Below, one piece after another: positions 1-9,030 of a stretch of 16,004 nucleotides of DNA. Both the position numbers and the translations under genes were made by a program. The DNA is from an uncultured delta proteobacterium. Its GTDB lineage: Bacteria > Desulfobacterota > Desulfomonilia > UBA1062. How positions within the stretch are numbered: position 1 is the stretch's first letter; the number at the start of each line of letters is the position of its first letter. The stretch is taken from the NCBI GenBank assembly GCA_963752595.1, contig CAVVYZ010000004.1, positions 1 to 16,004 on the forward strand, written 5' to 3'. Under the pieces are notes generated by a model. It saw only the letters and a program-made list of their open reading frames with translations. It was not told the DNA's origin and did no database searches.

Positions 1-336
1 AAGACAGGCAGTAGCGGCGGAAACGAGCTGGCCGTCACCTGTTATCCATCGGAAGCTCTGGTCGATTCTCTGAAAGAGGGCGAGCAGCCCCCCCAGCTCA
101 TCTTTGCCTTTTACACCGGGAAAGACAAGCTCGTAGGCATTTCCGACAAGGATTGCACGGGCAAGGGGCCTGCAGATCTCTTTCATGCATCGAAGAAGGG
201 TACTGTTTTTGTGGGAGAGCTCAAGCTCATCGCGTATAAATACGGTGACGGACCTGCCTATAATTATTTTCAGCAGGCGAACAGACTGCAGGTTCATTGC
301 ATCATCGAGAGGCTGACTCCGGTATCGGGCAACTAA
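1..336 (+). CDS. Hypothetical protein, 3' end only (truncated by window edge)
   Basis: Frame +1 is open from base 1 (KTGSSGGNELAVTCYPSEALVDSLKEGEQPPQLIFAFYTGKDK...HCIIERLTPVSGN) to TAA at 334-336. It is absent from the ORF track because no start lies in the window. No family recognised. Confidence 0.7.
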   Translation, partial: KTGSSGGNELAVTCYPSEALVDSLKEGEQPPQLIFAFYTGKDKLVGISDKDCTGKGPADLFHASKKGTVFVGELKLIAYKYGDGPAYNYFQQANRLQVHCIIERLTPVSGN

Positions 337-561
337 AAAGGAAATCAAAGGGCCGGAGAAATCCTTGGTGCATACGGGCGGATAAACCAACAACGATGCA
401 CCTTTTGTGTATCCGGATCATCTAAATTTTCATTGATAGAGTATTCGCTCAGTGAGTTCGTCCTGAAGGGCTGTACTTCCGGAAGAACGTTATTTCCGGT
501 CGAATGATACATGCAGCACAACCCATGCCCATGCATGCCTACATACACAAGGATGGTGTCT

Positions 562-994
562 ATGAACGATGAGAAAAGGCCGAACGTACACCTGATCCGT
601 AATCAGGCTGAAACAAAGGAAAGCGACTCGGGAACAATCCTGCTGATCGATGACGAGGAAATCATCCTTTCAAGCCTGCAGAGAGCGCTACAGCGGTCAG
701 GCTATCAGGTGATCACAGTCAAAGACAGCCTGGAGGCTCTCGAGATGTTCCGCAGGGCGCCCGACGAATACGATCTTGTCATAACCGACCAGACAATGCC
801 GCAGATAACGGGTGTGGAGCTGGGGAAGAAATTCATGGAGATACTGTTTCGACATCCCGATCATTCTCTGTACCGGGTTCAGTGACACCATCGGCGAGCA
901 GGAGGTGAAAGATATGGGCTTTCAATCACTCCTGATAAAACCCGCCGGCACAAAAGAGCTGAAAGCGGCTGTCCGGCAGGCGATGCAAGGATGA
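562..994 (+). CDS. Single-domain response regulator (receiver), split by a 1-bp frameshift near 845
   Basis: ILLIDDEE acidic pocket and DLVITDQTMP phosphoacceptor Asp are in ORF 511..885. DIPIILCTGFS and LIKP continue in ORF 812..994. Removing one base from 'atactgtttcgac' restores EIRFDIPIIL. AAGGA precedes ATG 562. Confidence 0.85.
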
Positions 995-1122
995 CACCCG
1001 GGAATAAGCCCCCGGAAGAAACAGAAACCGTGCCCGGTTGAAGGGTATCATTGCCGAGCACCATACGGTCTTGGAGATCAACCGGATGTTGATTTTGATC
1101 TCCTTCAAGCTACCATGTATAT

Positions 1123-2835
1123 ATGGTCTTCAAACCGAGAGACGACATATCCATCGTATTTTCCGGACAGGCAGGCCAGGGTCTGCAGACTTTGGAAGCG
1201 ATCGCCGCCAAGCTGTTCAAACGATCCGGCTACCACGTATTTAGCGACAGCGAATATATGTCCCGCATCCGCGGCGGGAACAATTCCACACAGATACGGG
1301 TATCATCCCGTAGGGTTGCCTCATATACCAGGCGGATAGACATCTTCGTGCCCATGCAGAAAGAGGCAATGCAGCGGTTCCATGACCGTATCACCCATGA
1401 GACCGTGATCCTCGGGGAACGGGCATACATCGAGGAGAGATACTTCGGGGGAGATTATCCCGTGATCGAGGTCCCCTTGAGCGGTCTCTCACAAGAAGCA
1501 GGCGGAGCCGTGTATGCAAACACGATCCTGCTCGGGCTCTTAGCCGCCCTGTTTTACGTAGACAGGCAGCTCATGGAAGAAGAGCTGAAAGCCTTTTTCC
1601 CAAGCCTGGAAGAACAGCGCCTGCAGAAAAACCTCAATGCAGCAGCCATCGGGTACGAGCGGGGTAAAAAGCTTCTGAAGCCCGGACAGGCGGCAATCTC
1701 CATCGAACACTCCGAAGATGTCAAAGGCGAACTCCTGATGGACGGCATCAACGCCGTGGGCCTTGGAGCACTTGCAGTGGGATGCACATTCGTATCCTCG
1801 TATCCCATGTCGCCCTCGACGGGCGTACTGGTATTCTTCACGCAGAAGGCAGAGCGGTCCAGCGTTGTCGTGGAGCAGACAGAAGACGAGATCAGTGCGG
1901 TAAACATGGCCATAGGTTCGTGGTATGCCGGCGGCAGGGCGCTCGTTACCACCTCTGGGGGAGGGTACGCCCTCATGGTGGAAGGCATCAGCCTTGCCGG
2001 GTGCGTGGAATCCCCTCTGGTCGTTCATATCGGCCAGAGGCCCGGACCTGCAACAGGTCTGCCCACGCGGACCGAGCAGGCAGACCTCCTGTTTGTCCTG
2101 CACTCGGGACACGGAGAATTCCCCAGAGCCATCCTCACACCCGGGAGTATGGAGCAGGGTTTTTCGCTCACCAGGCACGCCTTTTACCTTGCCGATAAAT
2201 ACCAGGTGCCGGTGTTCATACTCACGGATCAATTCTTTCTCGAATCGAGATACAACTTCCCGGACATGGAAATCTCCAAGGTATACGACCAGCCTTATAT
2301 GGTCGGACAGGCAAAGATTATCGCCGCTATGCCCTGAGTGAAAGCGGATATCGCCCCGGGGCATACCGGGCTTCGGCAAGGGCAGGGTCCGTGCGACAGC
2401 GACGAGCACGACGAGCAGGGGTTCATCACGGAAGATTTCGGCACGAGAACCGCCATGGTACGGAAAAGACTCATGAAGCTTGACGGACTTCAAAATGAGG
2501 TAATTCCGCCGGTGCTTGTCGGCCCCCGGGACTATAAGAACCTTATCGTATGCTGGGGATCGGCCTACCACCCGGTGAACGAGGCCATGGAGATGCTCGG
2601 CAGGGATGATACGGCATCTTTGCATTTTTCGCAGGTCTACCCCCTGGCCCCGGCGATAACCGGATACCTTGCACAAGCCGGGAAAAAGATCATCGTGGAA
2701 AGCAATGCCACCTCCCAGTTCGGCCGTCTGATCAGGAGCGAGACCGGCATTGATTTCGACCGGAGAATCCTCAAGTTCGACGGGCTCCCTCTCATGCCCG
2801 AAGAGATATACGATGCCCTGAAAGGCGTGCGCTGA
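1123..2835 (+). CDS. korA: 2-oxoacid:ferredoxin oxidoreductase alpha subunit (fused gamma-alpha type), interrupted by three 1-bp deletions at ~2303, ~2347 and ~2392
   Basis: Motifs GQAGQG, EYMSRIRGG, YPMSPST, EQTEDEISA, TTSGGG, QRPGPATGLPT, DSDEHDE, CWGS, IIVESNATSQF and KFDGLP. The intervening frames read TGKDYRRYALSESG and ISPRGIPGFGKG, which fit the family. Substrate specificity cannot be read from the sequence. Confidence 0.9.
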
Positions 2836-2850
2836 AAAAGGAGACCTGCC

Positions 2851-3714
2851 ATGGCTTCTGAATATGATTTCGACCATGAGATCGATATCGCCTGGTGCCG
2901 GGGCTGCGGCAACTTCCATATCCTGGCGTCGCTCAAGGCTGCGCTTTCCGGGCTCGGGCTCGACCCGGATGCCTTGGTGCTCGTATCGGGCATCGGCCAG
3001 GCTGCCAAGACCCCCCAGTATCTGAATGTACATTATTTCAACGGTCTCCATGGCCGGAGCCTCCCCGCAGCCACTGCCATCAAGGCCTCGAACCGGAACC
3101 TGACCGTCATAGCGGAAAGCGGAGACGGAGATACCTACGGGGAGGGGGGCAATCACTTTATTCATACCATCAGGCGTAATCCCGGCATCACGAATATCGT
3201 CCATAACAACATGGTGTACGCCCTTACCAAGGGCCAGGCATCACCCACAACCAGGGAAGGTTTTGTCACCCCGGTACAGCCGCAGGGTGTCACCGAAGAG
3301 ACCTTCAATCCCATGGCTGTAGCTGTTTCGCTCAATGCGCCGTTCGTGGCGCGGGCTTTTGCCGGAGATGAGCAGCAGACCACGGATATCCTGAAAAAGG
3401 CCATCGCGCATAAGGGCTACGCCCTCGTCGATATTTTCCAGCCCTGTGTGACGTATAACAAAGTAAATACCTACCAGTGGTACAAGAACAACACCTATTA
3501 TCTTGACAACAGCCATGATCCGTACAACCGCCAGGCAGCCTTCGGAAAAGCTCTGGAAACCGGGAAATACCCGCTGGGCATTCTCTATATCAATGACGGC
3601 AGGCCCACCTTCGAAGACACACTCGCTGCATACGGGCACGATACCAGGCCGCTGTATGAACGCACCATCGATATCGATGCAATAAAACGTCTCATGGATT
3701 CCATGAGGACATAA
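2851..3714 (+). CDS. korB: 2-oxoacid:ferredoxin oxidoreductase beta subunit (TPP-binding)
   Basis: [19 protein letters not shown], the TPP motif GDGD...[16 protein letters not shown], and [18 protein letters not shown]. Lies 15 bp after the alpha subunit and is intact. Confidence 0.93.
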   Translation: MASEYDFDHEIDIAWCRGCGNFHILASLKAALSGLGLDPDALVLVSGIGQAAKTPQYLNVHYFNGLHGRSLPAATAIKASNRNLTVIAESGDGDTYGEGGNHFIHTIRRNPGITNIVHNNMVYALTKGQASPTTREGFVTPVQPQGVTEETFNPMAVAVSLNAPFVARAFAGDEQQTTDILKKAIAHKGYALVDIFQPCVTYNKVNTYQWYKNNTYYLDNSHDPYNRQAAFGKALETGKYPLGILYINDGRPTFEDTLAAYGHDTRPLYERTIDIDAIKRLMDSMRT

Positions 3715-3860
3715 TCATATTCCTTCAAGGATGGCAGGATTGATGCCGGGAATGCCGCACTTATACCCTGGGATAATCCGGATAATGTACAAATAGGATG
3801 AATTGGTTTATAGTCTTTTAAGAAATGTGCATTGTATAAAATCGATTGAGGGGGATACTT

Positions 3861-4514
3861 ATGAAAGACGGATACTGGCTGATGGGGTTTCAGTACGAGT
3901 TCACGGGCAGCCTTTACAGCCTGGGACAGATACCCAAGTGTAAAGTCGCGATGCTCGATAGCTTGAAGCCGGATGACAAACTTCTCATCGCAGGTGTGGG
4001 CCACGGAGTGGAGGCAGTCGAAGCTGCCAGAAGAGGGGTGAATGTCACGGCAGTCGATATCTCCAAGACTATGTTGAAATACATGCAGAAGAAGATCGAC
4101 AAGTCAAATCTGAACAAACCCATAGAGATGATCAATAACGATATCCTCGAAGTGAAGTACCCGCAGCAATTCGACATGGTCATCGCCAATTATTTCCTGA
4201 ACGTATTCCCACGGGAAAAGATGCTGAAGATCCTTACCCATCTCACGTCATTCGTAAAGCCGGGCGGCTATATGGTAATCGGTGATTTCATGTTGCCCAA
4301 GGAAGGCGGGACTTTCTACAAGTCATTCCAGAATATCTACTGGTACATCGCGGCAACGCTCTACTGGCTTACGGCGGATAATGCAGTCCATCCCATTTAC
4401 GATTATCCTGCCCTTTTACAATCGCTCGGCTTTGACATTGATGAGATAAAGTGTTTCAAGATGTTAACGATGAACTGTCACTGGTCCATCCGGGGAAAGA
4501 AAAGAACGGCATAA
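3861..4514 (+). CDS. Class I SAM-dependent methyltransferase, substrate unknown
   Basis: Motif I variant LLIAGVGHG, VTAVDISKTML, FDMVIANYFLNVF and VKPGGYMVIGDF. ATG 3861 follows GAGGGG and is preferred over TTG 3846. Confidence 0.85.
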   Translation: MKDGYWLMGFQYEFTGSLYSLGQIPKCKVAMLDSLKPDDKLLIAGVGHGVEAVEAARRGVNVTAVDISKTMLKYMQKKIDKSNLNKPIEMINNDILEVKYPQQFDMVIANYFLNVFPREKMLKILTHLTSFVKPGGYMVIGDFMLPKEGGTFYKSFQNIYWYIAATLYWLTADNAVHPIYDYPALLQSLGFDIDEIKCFKMLTMNCHWSIRGKKRTA

Positions 4515-4569
4515 CTTTATGGTCTTAAGTGCGTAAAAACAACAGGCAAGGATTCAAGGAGAAATACGC

Positions 4570-5488
4570 ATGAGCGTACTGGATGCAATTGGAAATACCC
4601 CTCTCGTCGAGATGAGGAATATCTGGAATTCCACGGCCACGGGCGTGCGGGTCATGGCCAAGCTGGAAGGCTCAAATCCGGGCGGCTCGGTCAAAGACCG
4701 GCCGGCATATTTCATGCTCAAGGATGCCGTGGCATCAGGAAAGCTGACCCAGGGCAAGGTGATCCTGGAGCCCACATCCGGCAACACCGGCATCGGCATG
4801 GCAATGGTGGCGGCGGCCATGGGCTTCAAAATCAAGCTGACCATGCCCACCTGCGTGAGCACCGAACGGCAGGCAGTTTTGCAGGCCCTCGGTGCGGAGC
4901 TCGAGCTGACCCCGGGCTGCGACCGGACGGACGGTGCCATAAAGAGGGCACACCATATCATGGATTACGACGGCGACCGTTATTTCATGCCCAACCAGTT
5001 CGACAACCCCCACAACTATCTTGCACATTATCAGACCACCGGGCCCGAAATCTTTCAGCAGACAAAAGGCGAGGTCGATGCCTTTGTCGCCGGAATGGGA
5101 ACCACCGGCACGCTCATGGGATGCTCGATGTTCCTCAAGGAAAAACGTCCTTCCGTAAGGATCATCGGGATCGAGCCCACCATGAACCACCGCATCCAGG
5201 GCCTGAAGAACATGCAGGAGGCGATCGTGCCCGAAGATCTATGACCCGTCGCGCCTGGACAGCATTATCAGCTGTTCCGATGAAGATGCTTTCGAGACGA
5301 CGCGCGATCTCTCCATACGCGAAGGCCTGTTCTGCGGGATCAGCTCGGGTGCGGCCATGTGGGGCGCGCTTCAGATCGCCCGCGACCTCTCGCGCGGATC
5401 GACCGTGGTGGTCATCCTGCCCGACCGGGGCGACCGCTACCTTTCCACCGAGGTCTTCCGGTCCTTCTGCGCCATGTGCCCGCCGTGA
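4570..5488 (+). CDS. Cysteine synthase (O-acetylserine sulfhydrylase, CysK/CysM family; PLP fold II), frameshifted near 5233
   Basis: IGNTPLV, KLEGSNPGGSVKDR (PLP Lys), EPTSGNTGIG, NQFDNP and GMGTTGT. After the shift the frame reads KIYDPSRLD...EGLFCGISSGAA...VVILPDRGDRYLSTEVFRSFCAMCPP to TGA at 5486-5488. AAGGAG RBS. Confidence 0.9.
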
Positions 5489-5558
5489 TGCGGCTAGAGG
5501 AGTTCCTTTGATTTGCTTTTTATTAGCAGGCGATTACAATGAACGAAGAGGCTTGTAT

Positions 5559-5897
5559 ATGGGTATTCTGGTCAACTGGCTGGTAATGACCGCCGCGATC
5601 ATGATCTCCGCCTACCTTCTGCCGGGGATCGCGGTGAGGAGTTTCTCGGCAGCCTTCGTCACTGCCCTCGTGCTCGGGCTCATCAACGCGATCGTGAGGC
5701 CTGTCCTCATCGTTCTCACGTTGCCGCTCACCATCATGTCCCTTGGATTTTTCATTTTCGTGCTGAATGCTCTCCTCGTGCTTCTGACGAGCGCCATTGT
5801 ACCTGGATTCCATGTCCTCAACTTCTGGTGGGCGCTTCTGTTCAGCTTTGTATTCTCCATCGTAAGCTTCACGCTGCACCGGATCGTCCCAGGCTGA
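5559..5897 (+). CDS. YvlD-like 4-TMS membrane protein ('phage holin family 4' superfamily)
   Basis: 112 aa hydrophobic protein with family-typical ALVLGLINAIVRPVLIVLTLPL...LGFFIFVLNA...VPGFHV.NFWWALL. ATG 5559 follows GAAGAGG. The longer track ORF 5121..5897 is an artefactual extension. Confidence 0.88.
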   Translation: MGILVNWLVMTAAIMISAYLLPGIAVRSFSAAFVTALVLGLINAIVRPVLIVLTLPLTIMSLGFFIFVLNALLVLLTSAIVPGFHVLNFWWALLFSFVFSIVSFTLHRIVPG

Positions 5898-5940
5898 TAT
5901 CCGGTCTTTTCAGGCCAGGGTCGCTTCCATCATAAATCCC

Positions 5941-6151
5941 TTAGGGGTCCATAAGGTTTTGCAGGGGATATTCCTGTCGGTTATCGGGCCGGATCATCTC
6001 GTTCACGACACTGCTTGCGACGTGCTCGGGCGTTGACAGGACATTTGCCGCGATCTCTTTTTTCAGTTTCCCAGGTACACGGCCTTATGGGCTTTCCGCT
6101 GATGCCGTGCCCAGGGAGATCGATGGCGCTGACACGACAGCTTTTGATCAA
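5941..6151 (-). pseudogene. Alpha/beta-hydrolase gene remnant (two short fragments in different frames)
   Basis: The minus strand reads LIKSCRVSAIDLPGHGISGKP (DxPGHGxS motif of the Abhydrolase_1/6 families). In another frame from ~6066 it reads LKKEIAANVLSTPEHVASSVVNEMIRPD... to TAA at 5941-5943. There is no GxSxG nucleophile elbow. Confidence 0.55.
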
Positions 6152-6189
6152 TCAAACCTTCAAGTTGTCTCAATCCGGTTTGGAATTGG

Positions 6190-6232
6190 GAGAGGGACGG
6201 GCAGAACCCTGTCCCTCTCGCGGTGTTTTTTT
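6190..6232. terminator. Intrinsic terminator-like hairpin just downstream of the acyl-CoA dehydrogenase stop
   Basis: GAGAGGGACGGG (6190-6201) pairs with CCTGTCCCTCTC (6208-6219) with one G-U pair. A T7 run at 6226-6232 lies on the + strand, so the direction of termination is uncertain. Confidence 0.6.
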
Positions 6233-6241
6233 GACTATTTA

Positions 6242-8076
6242 TTACACGAAGAATGATGCCTCGGGGACATCCATTACCGAGGAATCGCCTTCCTTGATGA
6301 CCCTGCAGGATCGTTCCCACCATGGGCAGGATGTTGTGGCAGAAGAACTTTGCAGATGCCACCTTGCCTGCATAGTAGGGATATTCGAAGTGCTCCGCGC
6401 CGAGTTCGTCGATCTTTTTCTGGGCGATCAGCGGCATGCTCGAGCAGGAGCTTCGCGCCGTAGAGGTAGCCGGTGGCATGCAGGATACGGGTGGCATAAA
6501 AGCCGATCATGCCGAACTTGCCCTGGCCGAGGTATCCGGCCATGGTCATCTGGATCTCCTTGTAGTTGTTCAGTGCCTCTTCCAGCAGGGCGAACTGGGC
6601 GCCAACGCGGCATGGGCCTTGTTGTCATGCACGAACTTCTCGATCTCGGCAAGCCATGCGGCGAAGACCTGGCCTCCGGCCATCATCCACTTGCGGCCGA
6701 TGAGGTCCATGGACTGGATGTAGTTGGTGCCTTCCCAGATGGGATAGATCCGGCAGTCGCGGAGCTGCTGGGCAATGGGGTACTCTTCGGAGAAGCCGTA
6801 GCCGCCGTAGCACTGCATGGCTTCGGAGATGCGAAAGGAATGCCATGTCCGAGCACCAGGCTTTGAGGATCGGGGTATTGACCTCGATGAAGCCCTTGGC
6901 CCAGCTTCGTTCAGTCCTCGTCCGTGGTGTTCTCCGCGATGTCCATGGCATAGTAGGAGCACGGCGATCATGGCGCGGGAGGCCTCGGTGATGGACTTCT
7001 GGAACATCAGCATGCGGCGCACATCTTCATGGTTGATGATGGGCACCCGGCCCGCCTTGGGGTTGGTGAGCTGGCGGCCCTGGATGCGGCCGGCCGCGTA
7101 CATGCAGGCGTTGTTGTAGGCCACCGTTGCCGCGGACATGGCGGCCAGGCCGGTTACCGTGCGCTCCTCGTTCATCATCTGGAACATCTGGGCCATGCCC
7201 TGCGCCTTTGCCGTCCACGGGGGCGTCGCCCAGCAGGTAGCCGCGGCACTTGCCTTCTTCGCCGAAGTTGACGATGGCAGTGGCGGAGCCGCTGATGCCC
7301 ATCTTGTGCTCGATGCCGCCGCAGTTCACATCGTTGAACTCGCCCTTTTCGCCGTTGGCGTCCGGCCAGTACTTGGGCACGACGAACAGGGAGATGCCCT
7401 TGGTGCCCGGGAGGCAGCCCTCGATGCGGGCCAGGGTCAGGTGGATGATGTTCTCGGTGATGTCCTGATCGCCGCCGGTGATGAAGCACTTGGTGCCCAC
7501 GATCTTGTAGACGCCCGGCTCATCGGTGGGGATGGCCTTGGTGGTGATGTCGCCCACGTCGGAGCCGCTGTTGGGCTCGGTGAGGTCCATGGTGCCGGCC
7601 CACTGGCCGCAGAACATCTTGGGCAGGAAAAGATTCTTGACCTTCTCGCTGCCGAAGTCGCGGATCAGACCTGACGAACCGGTGGTGGCCATGGCATAGG
7701 GACCCAGGGCGGCGTTGGCTGCTGCCAGGTACTCGTTGGTGGCGCCCATGACGCACAGCGGCATGGAGCTGGGGTCGGTATGGTCGGCGTTGCTGGAGCC
7801 GAGGCCGTTTTCCTGGATAGCCCAGTAGGCCTTCTTGAAGGACTCGGGCGTAGTGACCTTGCCGTCTTTGTACTTGGCATGGAGGTTGTCGCCGTCATCA
7901 TTGGTGGGCGCTATGGCCTCTTTGGCGATCTTGAGTGCGTTTTCAAGGATGGAGTCGATGTCTTCAACGCTGTAACCGCCTTCGAAACGCCCTGCTTCAA
8001 AGACCTTGGTCATGTCGAGCCATTCTTTCAGGATGAACTTGTGGTCACGGGTGGAATACAGAAAATTGGATGCCAT
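6242..8076 (-). CDS. Long-type (~600 aa) acyl-CoA dehydrogenase with about seven or more frameshifts in its 3' half (6300-7205)
   Basis: GTMDLTEPNSGSDVG, GTKCFITGGD, LARIEG..PGTKGISLFVVPK, IEHKMGISGSAT, MFQMMNEER, IINHEDVRRML, TPILKAWCSD, EAMQCYGGYGFSEEYPIAQQLRDCRIYPIWEGTNYIQSMDL and YYAGKVASAKFF. Ends EGDSSVMDVPEASFFV-TAA (6242-6244). ATG 8076 follows AGGAG. Confidence 0.92.
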
Positions 8077-8123
8077 TTTTTGATTCTCCTTCAATTTTGA
8101 TTTACGTTCGGGAATACGGAAGG

Positions 8124-8152
8124 AGTATAGATAAAAAGGCTTATAATGTCAA
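8124..8152 (-). promoter_or_regulatory. Sigma-70-type promoter for the acyl-CoA dehydrogenase
   Basis: Minus strand TTGACA (8152-8147), 17 bp spacer, TATACT (8129-8124), about 48 bp upstream of the ATG. Confidence 0.75.
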
Positions 8153-8482
8153 CAAATTATAATCATTCCGATTTCATGTGAAGAGTACGCGGACAGCGAA
8201 AATAAGAGGATGGGTATTTGTCTTCACAAAATAAAGGGTTATGTATTTTAAATTACTTTATAAGGAGATACTTTTTAACAAAATATCAATGGGTTGACAT
8301 GAGTGATATGCAATGAAAAAGTATTACAATAATATATCAGACATTATTACTATCAGCCGTAAATAAATGAGATGTTTCACGTTGCAACCAGCGCTGAATG
8401 TTCCGGGTGTAGTAAAAATGATGCCGTTGGAATAGATATTTTGGGGGCATGCACGTTAGAAAAGAATCAATCGGAGTTCTTC

Positions 8483-8902
8483 CTATATTTCCTCATTTTG
8501 TGAATGTTCCTTTCCGGGTTCGTTTCCCTGCCAGGGGATCACCGCCCAGGCCAGAAGAAGACCGACCCCGAGGGCGAGTATCGCCCAGGCACGCATGAAG
8601 GTATGCCCTTGAGCAGACCACCAGGTGAGAATTCTGCCGAAGCGTTGTACTCCGAAAAAGGGAGTAACCAGGCCTGATACAAAGGTTGTAATCCCGAAGG
8701 CGCGCAACACCTTGGGTATGCGTGAAGTGATCGCGGAATAGAAAAGGGACGAGCCCATGATCAGCCGCAATGCCGCTGCAGCGTAGAGCCCTTTTTGGCT
8801 TTCGAATTTCCGCGCGAAAGAGAGCAGTTTCAAGGGTGATATGATACCTTGCGCGCCTAAAGCAGTAATAAAGAGACTGATCAAGAAAGCGATACTCTTC
8901 AC
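8483..8902 (-). CDS. Hypothetical ~4-TMS membrane protein
   Basis: 139 aa with four hydrophobic segments. GTG start follows GGAGGTGA. TAG stop. Confidence 0.78.
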   Translation of the reverse strand: MKSIAFLISLFITALGAQGIISPLKLLSFARKFESQKGLYAAAALRLIMGSSLFYSAITSRIPKVLRAFGITTFVSGLVTPFFGVQRFGRILTWWSAQGHTFMRAWAILALGVGLLLAWAVIPWQGNEPGKEHSQNEEI

Positions 8903-9030
8903 CTCTCACCTCCTTAAAACCGATATTTTTACCTTGCCTCTCCGAACCGACCTCTTTGACAGTATGATTGCAGGTGCTGTATATACTATTCTTTTGATTC
9001 GATCAGTTATCAAGTGCATGCGTCCAAAGG

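Noticed and set aside
367-406. GGTGCAT…ATGCACC-TTTT inverted repeat after the first gene
   Set aside because: It is a 7-bp stem with a 22-nt loop and a short U tract, too weak to call as a terminator or riboswitch.
2335-2340. korA ORFs 1123..2337 and 2338..2835 are in the same frame and separated by a single TGA, resembling selenocysteine or readthrough
   Set aside because: The family-like sequence across 2303-2392 lies in the other two frames (DYRRYALSESG, then ISPRGIPG). Three 1-bp deletions return to the original frame, so the TGA is out of frame in the real gene.
1540-3204. 554-aa minus-strand ORF (also 6015..6866, 10105..10833, 11359..12024 and 12981..13910)
   Set aside because: These are antisense shadows of well-supported genes in GC3-biased DNA and contain no recognisable motifs.
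5121-5558. Long N-terminal extension on the 4-TMS protein in the ORF track
   Set aside because: It overlaps the cysteine synthase 3' end in another frame and has non-protein-like Arg/Pro/Ser-rich composition. A good RBS precedes ATG 5559.
5559-5897. 'Phage holin' as evidence of a prophage
   Set aside because: YvlD-like 4-TMS proteins are common chromosomal genes. There is no endolysin, integrase or structural gene nearby.
8956-8989. Plus-strand TTGACA that could drive an antisense RNA against the acyl-CoA ligase (a similar TTGACA is at 8294-8299)
   Set aside because: The nearest good -10 (TATACT) is 20 bp away, outside the 16-18 bp range. The 8294 copy has no matching -10.
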